A stretch of 54,051 bases of DNA, counting the filler, from Asterionella formosa (taxonomy: Eukaryota), in the NCBI GenBank assembly GCA_002256025.1. It is 4 parts of 4 records of this genome, joined end to end, with 100 filler letters (N's around TTAATTAATTAA, not from the genome) between each part and the next. Parts side by side here need not be neighbours in the genome. Positions count along the whole stretch, not along the records: positions 1 to 13,445 come from NKIB01006681.1; positions 13,546 to 26,989 come from NKIB01006690.1; 2 more parts are not named here. One strand, given 5' to 3'. The position numbers were made by a program, and so were the translations under genes. Numbering within the stretch: position 1 is the first letter of the stretch; the number at the start of each line of letters is the position of its first letter. Positions 11,760 through 24,028 of the stretch are shown here, piece after piece. The notes under the pieces were generated by a model. That model saw only the letters and a list, made by a program, of their open reading frames with translations. It did no database searches and had not been told where the DNA came from.

Positions 11760-12980
11760 ATGGAAGAAGCAATTGTCAGTACCGCTATCATCAAAGCAGA
11801 AGTTGGAGGGAAGAAGGCGTCGTCGTCTCGCGGCCGAGTGACGTCTCCCGCATTGGAGCAAGTTTCCGCTGCGACCCTCGCCGCTCTGGCTCAAGCAGCG
11901 GGGAGCCTCCAGTGCTTGCCCAATTTATTACTCCTGGGGAGCAACCTTCCGTCGGTGGAACAGTTAACGACAGCAGCCACCAAGTTCTATACAGAAACAC
12001 CCCCGTTTGTTCATTTTGCAAAGAACGATTCAGCGCCGCAATTAAAGATAGAGGGACATTTTCTCGTCAAGGGTGGGATGCGAGGGTATCGCATGGCGAG
12101 AGCAAGTCACGGAGTTACGGAGGGGACGTACTACTTTGAACTTGTAATTAAGGAACCTCCATCAGTTCAAGAAATCGCTGCTTCACTGCCCTCCAATGTT
12201 AGACTCGGACCGAAGTTGCAAAAGCAGCTTCAGGACGAGTTGCTTAGGCAAACTGCTGAATCGTCAACCGAAAAATCAACAGGCGACCATGAACCGAAAA
12301 AGAAGAAAGCAAAGGAAGATGTTGATTTTATAGGTGGTCATCTCCGTGTGGGTTGGTCCATGCGTACTGCCGACCTCCAAGCCCCAGTGGGGTATGACAA
12401 GTGGTCCTTTGGCATTCGTGATATTTCGGGATCTCGAATACACAACTCACGTCGACACGATGATTGGGGTGGAGAAGCGTTCGGACCTGGTGATGTTATT
12501 GGATTGTGCATAAGCCTGGGTACAGGACTTGGAAATATGCGTGCGTTTAAAAATGGTGAAGCAATGGGACACTTTGTCATTTCAAAAGGGAAACGCGAAG
12601 GCGGAGCATGCTTTGATGACATGCCAGATGGGGTGTACTATCCAGCCGTTAGTGTCTATATGGGTGGCACCTGTCAAGCCAACTTTGGACCGCACTTTAT
12701 TTATCCACCTAGGCAGTTGCCGTCTGGAATGAAAGTACACCCTGTCAGTGGTTTGTCCCCCATACCTTCAGTGACTGTTGACCTCAATGCGCTGCCCAAG
12801 AAATTGGACGAAGGCTTGGTCAAGAACTTTCAAGAGCTAGTCAAAACAGAAACTGATATTCGTTACCAAGAGTATCAAAAGCATTTGCAGGATCATATTC
12901 GGATAGTAAAGGCAGCACGACAAGAACGAGGTTTGTCAGTTGAAAATTTGCCGACAGAGGAGAAAAGGGAAACAGAATAG
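11760..12980 (+). CDS. ASH2: ASH2/Bre2/TRAUCO-like SPRY-domain subunit of Set1/COMPASS, about 406 aa
   Basis: GYRMARASHGVTEGTYYFE, HLRVGWS, LQAPVGYDKWSFGIRD, GDVIG, FKNG, YYPAVS and NFGPHF are ASH2L SPRY motifs. First ATG is at 11760. Confidence 0.85.
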   Translation: MEEAIVSTAIIKAEVGGKKASSSRGRVTSPALEQVSAATLAALAQAAGSLQCLPNLLLLGSNLPSVEQLTTAATKFYTETPPFVHFAKNDSAPQLKIEGHFLVKGGMRGYRMARASHGVTEGTYYFELVIKEPPSVQEIAASLPSNVRLGPKLQKQLQDELLRQTAESSTEKSTGDHEPKKKKAKEDVDFIGGHLRVGWSMRTADLQAPVGYDKWSFGIRDISGSRIHNSRRHDDWGGEAFGPGDVIGLCISLGTGLGNMRAFKNGEAMGHFVISKGKREGGACFDDMPDGVYYPAVSVYMGGTCQANFGPHFIYPPRQLPSGMKVHPVSGLSPIPSVTVDLNALPKKLDEGLVKNFQELVKTETDIRYQEYQKHLQDHIRIVKAARQERGLSVENLPTEEKRETE

Positions 12981-13078
12981 CCAAGGCCATCAGGGAATAC
13001 CAATAGTAAGGGATTTCAGATGCATATGGTACTAAATTAACTAAAAAAATTCACTGTCATTGACAATTTTTCTTGAAA

Positions 13079-13445
13079 TCAACTTTGAGCTACATGAAGT
13101 GCGACTTTCCTAAAGTCTCGCTGTATAAATTCATCATTCTCAAAACCAGCCTGACAGCATAGCTTGTAAATATCCTCCACTTCCTTGTCATGGCCTAACC
13201 CTGCTGCAGCCCGAAAGAAAAAACAATAAGTTTCTGCAGAGGGCTTGTCATTCAATTGACTATTAGCCCGCTGAAATATTTCTGATGCAACCATGAATGC
13301 CCTCTCACGACTTTGCAGATCAAAGGATTCAGAAAATGCACATGCCATCATTGCAGAATTGTAACTTTTGATGTTTGGGGGGATCGACTGTTCCTCCATT
13401 TCAGATAAAATATCCCATGCCATTTGGGCTTTATCCAATGATTTG
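13079..13445 (-). CDS. Pentatricopeptide-repeat protein, C-terminal part (5' end lost in spacer)
   Basis: AWDILSEMEEQSIPPNIKSYNSAMMACA and KPSAETYCFFFRAA are PPR-like; the frame is open up to the N spacer. Confidence 0.75.
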
Positions 13446-13545
13446 NNNNNNNNNNNNNNNNNNNNNNNNNNNNNNNNNNNNNNNNNNNNTTAATTAATTA
13501 ANNNNNNNNNNNNNNNNNNNNNNNNNNNNNNNNNNNNNNNNNNNN
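13446..13545. other. Artificial contig spacer N44-TTAATTAATTAA-N44
   Basis: The same 100-nt construct occurs three times; the 12-mer places stops in all six frames. Confidence 0.95.
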
Positions 13546-13696
13546 CATTTAATGGACGTTCCTTGGATTTTTGGGTAATTTGACAATATGTTTCATTGCT
13601 TAGTGACCGAATTTCATTGGTACTGAATGCTCTCCTAATCAAAAACCTAGAGACTACTCTGCTTACATATTTGACAACTTGTGTATTAACAGGCAT
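13546..13696 (-). CDS. Probable N-terminus (mitochondrial-like presequence) of the PPR gene across the spacer
   Basis: MPVNTQVVKYVSRVVSRFLIRRAFST is Arg/Ser-rich with no acidic residues, on the same strand as the PPR fragment and open into the gap. Linkage is inferred, not seen. Confidence 0.45.
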
Positions 13697-13829
13697 TGCC
13701 TTGAGTGAGTCCAACTAGAAAGTCAGTCAAGACAACAAGAACTCTCTGAAATCAGGCAGATATTTAATTTTATAAGTGGATAATGTCATTCTACCTTCGT
13801 CCCTGACAATAACAATGATTCTCAAATTC

Positions 13830-14837
13830 CTACAAGATTGGCATTGCAGGCTTCGTAATGTAAGATGTCTTGGTCTGTACAACTTCATCAATGATTCCAT
13901 AGTCCACAGCTTCCTCTGCCGTCATGAAGAAATCCCGGTCGCAGTCGGATTCAATCTTGTCCTTGGTTTGCCCAGTATATTCCGCAATGTACGTATTCAA
14001 GACTTCGCGGATGAACAGAATCTCCTTGGCTTGGATTTCAATGTCCGCAGCTTGGCCTTGAGCTCCACCCAAAGGTTGATGAATCATGATTCGAGCGTTG
14101 GGCAGGGCACGTCGCTTGCCAGGTGTACCAGCACCCAACAAAAAGGCCCCCATGGAAGCTGCCATGCCAAAGCACACCGTTGACACATCGCAAGGAACAA
14201 ACTGCATGGTATCATAGATGGCCATACCAGCACTGACGGATCCGCCAGGTGAGTTGATGTACAGTGTAATGTCCTTGGTGGGATCTTCATTTGCCAAATA
14301 CAATAGTTGAGCCACCAGAACATTGGCAACTTCGTCGTCGACTCCCTGTCCCAACAAAAGGATTCTATCTTTGAGCAGACGAGAAATTACATCCATCTGA
14401 CCGGCATCCGTGTCAATCATAGGCATACGAACGGGAGCCTGGGGAGGCTTGTCGTCGGGGTTCTTTCTACGAGGGTCGACCTAAATGAATGGGACGAACC
14501 AAGTTAAGTTAGACTGTAACGATGTATATAAGTAGATCTTAAATGAGACAGGAAGTGGAATCAAATCACCGTGTGAAAAGTCAAAAGAAGATCCAGGGTC
14601 TCACTTGAGCTGCATGCCGGTACCCTTGGTATGTGCCTTTACAGAATCGAGCTTACGAGTGCAACTAAAGGACGCTAGACTAACCTCAGGCACTGGCTCA
14701 CTCATGCTCCAAGATACGCCGTGGCGCTGCATATTAGAAACCACGGAATGTCTCGAAAAGGTAGGGCTCGGACTGAAAGCAGATGCAACAGTCAGCAGCG
14801 ACGCTGCTGCAAGAAAGCTTGACAACGATACTTTCAT
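13830..14837 (-). CDS. clpP: Nucleus-encoded plastid ATP-dependent Clp protease proteolytic subunit, about 267 aa; exons 14837-14685, 14480-13830
   Basis: [24 protein letters not shown] (Ser), MIHQPLGG (His), DRDFFM (Asp). Exon 1 [23 protein letters not shown] is a signal peptide + ASAF motif. Phase-0 intron GTTAGT..CTAAC..TTTAG. Confidence 0.93.
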
Positions 14838-17800
14838 GGTGGAAGCGTCAATTTCTTCTGGATTTATAATTTACGATGTATCGGTGCCGCTATCTTAGGT
14901 TCCTGGCACTATCAGATATACCGGTATACAGGTAGGAATATATGAAAATGTACAATCATGCATTGATATTTGGTACCAGTACCCTTGTACCCTTGTACAG
15001 GTATTTAATGTCGGTTTTTATCGTACAGCTATGGTACATATAATATCGGTACATATGCATTGCATCAACGACCATGCATTTGATCGTACATACGGATGAT
15101 GCCGCTGATGTGTTAAAAGAACCAGGTACTCAGGTACGAGTGTGTACGTGCTTACGACGACTCCCAGCAGAATTCCAGATGGAAGCAAACTGCTGTGTCC
15201 GTGTTCCTATACTGGTACTCATATTATAGGTGTGCTGCAAACACTACGGTACCTGGTACAACACATTCACACATATTAGAGCGCTTAATATGGAGTCACC
15301 ACGAGTACATATATTTTTGCACTATATAACTGTAAATAGAGGACCAAGTCTATTACTGGTAGGTATGTCTATGAATAATAAACATATAACCGAAATGAAG
15401 TGGAAACAATCAATGTGTAGCTACATATTGAAAAATAGTGAAAAAAATAATGCAACTACAGCAGTATGAAATCATGCATCTGTGTAATAATAACCTGAAT
15501 ACATACTAGCTAGCTGTGTATGACCACCAGTGTGATGATCAGCAGATATCAATTGATTGTCAATATAATCAGTGGCACTGTTCTATCTGGAATATATTCC
15601 TCATACATTTCGTCAGTTTGCAATGTGGCAGTGAAAAGAATGCAGCTCAAAGTATGGTAGTCACCATATCCCACACAACGCTTTGCCAAACAAAATACTC
15701 CACCTTTCTTACTCTATCCTGCACAACCCATGAAACATTTTTAGCCACCTTACAAACCTAGTTCCAAGTTTGCATTCCCAACAAAGAACAAGTAGTTTTT
15801 GGTGTACCAGAAAGACTACAATACTGACAAAATTGCTTCCTCCCTCCTACCTCTTTGTTGCACATCCTGCATCATTTCTGTTGGTTCATCAACTTGTTAA
15901 TTGCTGAAAACTTCTTTCTGGACTCTCAATCATCATTCTGCATACTTGTCACTCCTGCTACCACCAATAATACTAGTAGTCAGAAGTCAAAACTCCTTCA
16001 AGATGAGAGTCGATTGGCTGATGTCATCCACCTTACTTTCAAAACTAGGCGACATTGCATCTCGATCTGCTGGGAGTACAACCCAAGTATATAGTTCCAA
16101 AAACAAACTGGCAGCTCAGACTTCCCTCCTACACCTGCTGTTGGTGTCCCATCACTCACACATTCCCCTCCTTACCTGCAGGTAAGAAGTAGTCTACCGC
16201 TGCTGCATACTGAGTACCAGGTACCTGGTACCAATGGTACATGAATGAGGATGGGGTTTAATTTTTGTGTACGACCGGTACCAGGTGGTACCTGGTACTA
16301 CCAGTACAGTGTATTAGCTAATATGTACTCGTACAGTGTATATTCCTACGATGATCGTGTGTACAGTTATGGTTTAATTAAACCAAAAAATTAAGCCCGC
16401 AGTGGTGAAACCAGGTTTAATTTTTCAATACCTACATACTGTTGCAACACGGTCCTTACAATTGTATTTTCAGATCAATCCTGTGCCAGTATTAAAATGA
16501 CCAAGTAGACACATACCACAGGGCTACAGGAAAATACAACTTGGATTTAATTTTACCAATTACGGTATAGTATAGCAGGGGGCTGTTCGAAATACCTTGT
16601 ATGTGAATTTTGTACGGCTAGTAAAAGGTACCAGTCAAAAAATTCCTGAAGGCTACTGGTAACAACATATTACCCGTTTTTGGACAAACATTAGAAAAAT
16701 GTTCGGGTGACCCAAATTAAAGCCCTTTTGAGCAGATATCAACTAATTGATGAAAGTACTAGCTGGTTGAATCATTTTATAATTTGAATGAGATTTTGTT
16801 ATGATATCAAACTTTTTAAGTTGTTCATTTTGCATTCATTTATTTTTCATATGTAGCTAAATGTATTATTTAATGGTAAATGGTTAGAAAATAGTTCCTC
16901 ATTTTCCATACTTTCTCCAATTTCTTTTGCTACTGAAATTGATTTTTTGTGTATCACTCTTCCCTCACCACCAGTCTTTGCCATCCTCTTCAGCTGAGGC
17001 TGCTGGTGGTGGTATAGCTCCAGCAGCAACTGAGACTGGTGCATTGCCAAATCCAATTGTTTCAACATACCTGGTGAGTAGTAGTTGTTTTTTTGCTGGT
17101 GATTGCGCATCGCCAATTAATTTGTAACATGATGACACACTCATTTGTAACACGACATCTTTTCGTTTGCACCACCATCCATTCATGTCACTGCCTGTTT
17201 ATTAAGTGCTCTGATCGCTTGAACCTTGTTCAACGGTGTTGTGTAATCCTTAAGTTTATTATTTGCATTCTCAATTGGCTTCTCCTCAGCTCTTCTTTCC
17301 CCCTAGTCATATCTTCCAGTGATTCTGTTCCAAGTTTTAAGCGCCCAGCCGCCACATGCATGAAGTCCATCTAAGACGCTGTTTATGGCACTTTTTCGAA
17401 TTTATGTCTTATTGACTTATTTATGCTACTATTCTAAAATATTATGCTAATTTTTCTAAAGTTATTTGGGTTGTTGAAAAAATTGTGTTATAAAAAGCAT
17501 TTCAGTTATCGAATAATTATGTGATCAAACCAAAAAAAATTTGTGTTCGCGACAATATTCACTGACCAACAAGTCGTTGCTACAGTATAATAGCAAAGTT
17601 ATGCTGATTTGCGGACACATTAAGCTGGTTTCACCGCATAACTAAATTAAGAGTCCCCAATATCGATTCAATTATTATTTTTTCCGCTTTCACATTTTCT
17701 TTGGTATCAACTCCCAAAGAATAACACATTTGTCAGCACTGATACCTGCGAACACATTTACCACACAAATCGCCAGTACAATCAATCAATCAATTCTCAT

Positions 17801-17847
17801 TTGATAAATATCTATTTTCACATCAATCAATGTTAGCTATAGTCATT

Positions 17848-17913
17848 GTGGGGGAATGGCTTTGTGTTCAACACACCTTCTGCAATGGTGGGTTCGATTC
17901 CTGCATTTTCCAC
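17848..17913 (+). ncRNA. Second, more decayed tRNA-like/SINE-head copy
   Basis: GGGAATGGCTTTGTGTTCAA ... GCAATGGTGGGTTCGATTCC resembles the 9235 copy (GGGAATGGCCTAGTGGTCAA ... GCAATTGTTGGGTTCGACTCC). Ends GTGGGGGA/TTTTCCAC can pair; the anticodon arm is largely missing. Confidence 0.45.
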
Positions 17914-18390
17914 CTGTCTTTTTCATGTAGTCCGCCCATCTGCCATTGATCACATGTTTCACATCCATGTCAACAAAGGTAAGACATGATTTTTATCCAT
18001 GATTCCCATCTATACTGCATCGACTCATAAGTCTCTTCTTGCCTCATCTAAACAAGAAGCCAAATATCGGGGGATTTGGCCAAAAATGGAGCACAGTGAG
18101 AGCAATGCATCTGGAGATTTTGGAGGAACATGAATAATATGTCTACCATTTAGAATAAACCATCCATTGCTAAGGATTTTAACATCAAGGCTACCAAGAC
18201 ATTGACTTATCTTGCTCTATGAGCACAATTTTCAACTCTTGCTCTTTCCACAGTGGAAATGAATTCCATGAGTGCAAAGACCTTGTATAATGCTTTTTTG
18301 AAGAACTTCTATCATTTCTTGGTTATTTCAAACCATGAAAGAAAAGTGGCACTTTCTACCAGCACTTCTCAAGTGAAGAAGAAACCACCT

Positions 18391-19767
18391 TCAGCCGATA
18401 ATTTCATGTAGCTTCTCAACAATTCCTTGGCCCCACAGCAAAGCACCCGCTTTGCTTGGGTGCAAATAATCCTCCATGAGAGTGTAATTAATCTGATTCC
18501 TGTTTTCATTGAGAAAATATGATGTTCCATTGAAAAAGTAAAAGTTTTTGCTGGTGGATGCCAGACATTCCAAACGTGCATTGATCCATAGATATGCCTT
18601 CCAACGCTCATTGGTTGTATCACCACCAAACAATGGAGCAGACCCCACAGGAAGAATACTGTTGATGACTATCTTGGAATTGGGTTTCTGTTTCACAATT
18701 TCTTTCACAACAGCAATATTGCCAGCCAAAATTGATTCACGAGAACAACGGTCACTATAATCATTTGTTCCAATTAATACCCAAATAACTTTTGGATGAA
18801 GTGTTCCTGGCAACTCCCCATTTTGTATTCGAAACATTAATTCATTGCACTTGACAACAATGTAAACATTTGTTAGAATTAGAAGGAGGAGAAAGAAAAA
18901 ATCCACATGGAAATTGTGAAAATGCGCCACTTACTCGATCCCCAGCTAATCCCAACGGAATCGCAGCATACTTTCCTGCTTGTGGCCCAAATAGCTGCTG
19001 AAATACTTCTTGAATACCTGCAAGTTTTTTTTCATTTTGAGACAGGATTGTCCCAAGCCATTGCTCCATAATAGAGTCCCCCAATAGTAGGACATCAATG
19101 TCAGATTCCGAGGAAACTAGTTGAATATTCCGAATCCGTCCTTCTTCCCATAATTGAGAATGCTGCGTGTTAGATCTTGGAAGCACTGGGTTAGTACACC
19201 TACAGTAGGTATTCTGTTGCGATCGAGGAAGGAGAGTCAGTACACCGAGTTTGGGAACACAACTTGATCGCCAAGGAGTTCCTTTCTGACGCTTACCGAT
19301 TCGCCTTCGCGGCAAAACGTAGTGTTCTGGACCAACATTTGGTCGTGTAGCTGTGCGAAATTAATATCCAAGGCTTTCGCACAAGCTGTGGCATTGACAT
19401 TCCATGGCCATGAATGCGACAACTCAGAGGTTGTAACGCGATGATGATAATTCCGAAGATACGAAACAAGAAAGGGCCCCAGGAAGCAGGCAGCCAACAA
19501 GATACTTGCTATTAGTCTCCATGCGTCTCCAAAGAAACCAGGTGGCTCGTCGTGATACCGATTCATTTCGATTTCAAAAGCCTTGCGTCTAGCGTAATTG
19601 TTTTCTGGTGGCAATAGAGGCAGATGGTCTATTTCGTCCGTCTCATCCAAAGAATGCGCTAGGTGCTCCAGACCCGAGCGAGTCAAATCTACCATATCAA
19701 AGGGCGGAGCGCCTTGTTCACGAGATGGGTTCCTCCTGGAGGCGTACTTTGTATTTGCTGAGCTCAT
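18391..19767 (-). CDS. Membrane-anchored SGNH/GDSL hydrolase (PAF-acetylhydrolase Ib-like), about 402 aa; exons 19767-19297, 19213-18935, 18849-18391
   Basis: Two phase-0 introns (GTAAGC..ACTGAC..CAACAG; GTAAGT..CTAAC..TCAAG) join three ORFs. SGNH blocks LLGDS, LGLAGD, IGTND, DYLHP. One TM helix, LIASILLAACFLGPFLVSYL. Confidence 0.88.
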
Positions 19768-20430
19768 GATGATCAGTCATACCCAGTGAATAACGTTCTT
19801 CACTTGGCACTGCTCAGAACAAGGCAAGCGGACCGCTAAAACAAATTTGCTTTTTTGTAATGTGAGTCTTGCATAATATAGGTGTTTTATAGAAATAAAC
19901 CATCGAGGGGACGCTCAGTATTGAAACAAGGACAAGAAAGTGAATTGTATACCGGTATATTATTTTTAATATGTAAAATACCCCTCAGGCAGAAAAAACT
20001 TCGAAGGAGTCGACCAGGTACCTTACTACGAAATGACAAGTAGAATATTCGGGTTTCGACACACTGAGGAGCGAGCGAAGCAAAGAAACGCCTGTCAGAC
20101 TACCGGGGTATACAAGCATACTGCTATGACCGCCAAATTTTCTGTTGCTTTTCCGAAGATCTTTGTTTGATTCTGCAAAATTGAACGTGATAATATCAAT
20201 AAAATACTTTATTGTAGATTACATACTATTCTGTACATGCCGGCAACGGAATTTATATCATGATTGGTAAATCATTACAATCGATTCCTGTTTCAACAAA
20301 AGTGTGACCATAATTAATTTTCGGAGACGAAATACCTTTGCTATCGCATGCTCCGCTTGAAGCATACCGGTGTAGGCCAACAACAAGACAGAATATCAAA
20401 CGGTAGAATCAACAAGTGCCATCCGTGCCA

Positions 20431-21111
20431 ATGCAAGTTCCTCAAAAGCTCAGGTTAATTGGCCCCACAGCATTTCGAACATTCCGCTGCGTTTGGATGC
20501 TACAAGAACTGGGTGTACCTTACGAGCACTCAACTGCTCCTCCTTGGAGTGATGAAGTCAAACAATATCACCCAATGGGTAAGGTTCCGGTTTTAGTGGT
20601 TGACGACACATTTTCCTTGTATGAGTCTGCTGCCATCAACACATTTCTCGGCGACGTCTATCATGATACAGAAGGGAGGGCGTTGGTCCCCTTGGTTCCT
20701 TCCATAGAACGAGCCAAGTACGACCAAACTATTCTTTGCATCATGACAGAAATAGATGCGCAAGGCCTTTGGATTCATCGCAAGCATGCTGCGTTAGGAA
20801 AGGTATTTGGAGAAATCCCCGATGCAGTAGCAGCGGCCAAGAATCAATTTGCGAAAGCCAATCAAACCGTATCCCTCCAATTGGATCCATATTTGCTCGG
20901 GGAGAGCTTCTCTGCTGTTGATATTTTGTACGTCCACTGCTTGGATTGGGCCATTGCAATAGGTTGGCAAGATACATGGGACAAGGACAACATTATGGCT
21001 CCTCGCTTAGTGGAGTACTTAAAATTGTGCCGATCGCGACCAGCATATGAACAGTCGGTGGTCATAAGAAACCAAGAGCGGGAACAAAAAAAGGTGCAAG
21101 CAAACATTTAA
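20431..21111 (+). CDS. Glutathione S-transferase family protein, about 226 aa
   Basis: RCVWMLQELGVPY, HPMGKVPVL, LYESAAI and YLLGESFSAVDI are GST N- and C-domain motifs. Confidence 0.9.
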   Translation: MQVPQKLRLIGPTAFRTFRCVWMLQELGVPYEHSTAPPWSDEVKQYHPMGKVPVLVVDDTFSLYESAAINTFLGDVYHDTEGRALVPLVPSIERAKYDQTILCIMTEIDAQGLWIHRKHAALGKVFGEIPDAVAAAKNQFAKANQTVSLQLDPYLLGESFSAVDILYVHCLDWAIAIGWQDTWDKDNIMAPRLVEYLKLCRSRPAYEQSVVIRNQEREQKKVQANI

Positions 21112-21246
21112 ATATTAAAGTAGTAGGAATTGTTTTGTGAAAATAATTCTGTGTAAAATATGGATAGTAGTTGCTTTTGGAGGCAGGTGACAGGGAATCG
21201 CATCATTCCCAACGATGACGACAAATGAATGGAGTTTCTAAGGCGT

Positions 21247-22658
21247 TCATGGCAAATAACGGAATGGAGACGGGGCAGATGGAGCATGCGGGGCAGACGA
21301 ACCCAATACCTGAGACTCTCTGACCAGGGCTAGTCTAGCGTTTAGAAGAGCACGATCACCCTCACAGTAGAGGCTTCCGAAGATTTCGGCCGCATGACCA
21401 AACGATCCTGCAGCGAGAGCTTGGGTAAAGCTATTTCCCATCATCATCTGGCGAGCTGCAAGTATGGTGGGGTGAATAACACCGAAATAATTATCACTTG
21501 GATATGTGAAGTTGCCTCCAGTAGGTCCTGCGAGTCCAAGTGATATTGCAGCAGCAACCGATTCAGAAGTAGGAAACAACAATCTTCTTTCAGCCTGCCA
21601 CGGAAATTCACTCGTTTCCCTCACCATGGGAGCAGAAAGTTCAGCATTGCCGTTCGCCGCACCACCGATTCGGTTGTTCGATTGAATGCGGGCGGTCACA
21701 TTTTGTCTTGGTGGAGGCACTGTCCCGGAACCACGACGATCGATGCAGTCATCGAGTGAGTCGGAATCAGAACGATCCTCACTGGAACTCTTCTTGGTGT
21801 GTCTGATGTTGCCTCCTTTTGGGGCTGTCCAAATGAAACCGATCTCGTTCAAGGCTTGATAGCGCTCGGTTGTCATACGGCTAGGGCGCCCTCGTTTCAT
21901 TACTTTAGCATCATGACGTTGAGTAGACACCCAGTGACCTAGCCTTTTATTTGACTATATATATGAGCAGGCAAGCATGCGATGATGAGTGCTCTGTAAG
22001 GGTAGAAACACTTTCATTGTATTTGGATTGCTTCAGACTTACCTTGTAAATGCTTGGTACAAGACAGTGCTGAATCAAATCAACAACAACAATACCGGTT
22101 AGAGGGGCGCGAGATTGCAGAGTGGACAGGCCATATCAACTCACTCCATGTTTCCCTTTGAATGCAACCAATTCTTGGTATCGCCGCTCCCAGGGGATTT
22201 TAAGGGGATTGTTTGTCGACCAAACGAAGCCAATCTCTTCGAGGCGTGCGCCCCTCGACGGGTCCATCGGCGTCGAGTTTGCCTTTCCCGTCCAGGCTCG
22301 GCCTTCTTTCCACACCTTGTATTGCCGACGTTGGGTCGAGACCCAAGCCCCAAGAGCTGGGCTTTCATTGTAACGATGTGGAACCAAGCAGTTTCCGTGC
22401 GAGACTTTGTAGTTCAGCAAATGGCTAAACATAGTTTCCCATTGAGATTGGAGGATATCGGACTTGTAGGACTTGAGCTTGGGTCGCTTTGTTTGCTCAG
22501 GCAGAACCTGGTCATGTAGATTAGCAGATTCCTTCTGCATGCTTGGTGCCGTGGCAACGTCGTCTTGCTTTGAGTCATTGCATGGGATTTCGAGTCTTGA
22601 TGCACGTGTGACCTTTGGCGAAGTATCCGTATCAGCAATCATCTTGTCGAATTTATGG
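21247..22658 (-). CDS. Helicase-associated (HA) domain repeat protein; exons 22658-22145, 22069-22043, 21954-21247; 5' exon unresolved
   Basis: Two HA repeats: WETMFSHLLNYKVSHGNCLVPHRY..LGAWVSTQR..LEEIGFVW and, after splicing through a 27-nt micro-exon, WERRYQELVAFKGKHG|HCLVPSIYK|SNKRLGHWVSTQR..LNEIGFIW. An acceptor-like CTAAC..CATAG at 22659 suggests a further upstream exon. Confidence 0.85.
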
Positions 22659-23610
22659 CTATGGGCACACCAAAAACGGCGTTGTTAGTGCATTGTGGTG
22701 CTGCTCACATTATGTAGTTCTTTTCATATTATGTGGATCTTTACTGGTGTAATAACTGGGCATCGTGCCTTCAGCAATTGAAATGGGCAATCTCAAGATA
22801 GAAAGCAGCAGTTGAATCTCAACGCACAACCTCATATTTCACTTTTTGTGGCTTTTCAGACTCAGCGAGCTTTGTACCTTCTTGCTTTTTCACACATGCA
22901 TCAAAGGCCATCAATAGGACTTACCAAAGTGCCAGATCCTGTTGTCGAACTGAGGTTCGAGATTGAAAGCACCAAGAAACCAAGCGAACGGAAAGAACAA
23001 GGGGTATTTAACGGGCAATTATGCACAATCGCATTTGATCATGACAACTGTAAATTTCCTCGAGTACTTCGACGTAGAAATATACATGTTCTGTTGAATT
23101 CTTTTTCACGACATGTCTTCTAGCGCTATTAGCGCTTACGTACAGTCGCTTGGTTCAGCTCTACAGAGCTTTTACGATACAATTCCAGTGCGATTGTATG
23201 CCGCAAACACCAGTGTCAAAGTCCATGCTACTGTACCTGTTAGGAGATACTCCATCGTAGGGGTACCGTACCGACATTTTCCTTCTTGGTGGTCATTCGC
23301 TGGTCAGTGCGTACTGGTTCCTGGCGGTTTTATTTACTACCATTACTCAACCAGGTATCATAGGAGTGATGTTACGAGGGTACCAGGAAATTGCGGTCAT
23401 TTTGCAGAAACTGTGAACAGGACGCCGGGCGGATAGATACAGTCTACCGGTATTTCAACTCCTACTATGGTAAAATTACTTACATCGACATAAATATCTA
23501 GAGGATATTAGTACATTCAAACCACTCTTCAGACTTCATTTTGTGTGGCAAGTCTGGACGTCTTAAAATAACCAACCCCCATCATACCCGGTATCAGTGC
23601 TACTCGACAA

Positions 23611-23725
23611 AGTACTTGGTACCTGGTACCCTCGTGGTACCAGGTACCAGGATTCTGTGTAAGTGGTACCTGGTACATCCAGCGGACAATCGTCCGGTAC
23701 TGGTACCTGGTACCAGGTACCAGGG
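23611..23725. repeat. GGTACC(A/T) palindromic heptamer cluster
   Basis: TGGTACCTGGTACC..GGTACCAGGTACCAGG..GGTACCTGGTAC..GGTACTGGTACCTGGTACCAGGTACCAGG. Confidence 0.85.
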
Positions 23726-24028
23726 AGCCAAGGAGTACCGTAGTATAGTCTGAGAAACCGGTCTTACTGGTATACTACGGTAGAAGGTACCTGGTGAGCA
23801 ATCCTGCACATCGATACAGATGTATATAGGGTTAGGGTTATATCAAATATATTGGAATTCAATAATGAGAGAACTCGACTAACACCCTTTCTATACTTTG
23901 ATGTCAGTTCACGAAATGAGTTGTACATAAGGATTAATTAATAAGCTCATATATTCAACAAATACTACTACTTCTAGTTAGATACTTCACTTTGAATTCA
24001 AAAAGAGTCGAATTAGAAGACAACAAAC

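Noticed and set aside
13490..13501. TTAATTAATTAA palindrome recurring three times
   Set aside because: Always centred in N44..N44; an assembly linker, not biology. Gene adjacency across it is unreliable.
15400..17400. Short ORFs suggesting a decayed transposon
   Set aside because: No diagnostic motif or termini identified.
23826..23840. TAGGGTTAGGGTTA telomere-like motif
   Set aside because: Only about two units and internal; insufficient.
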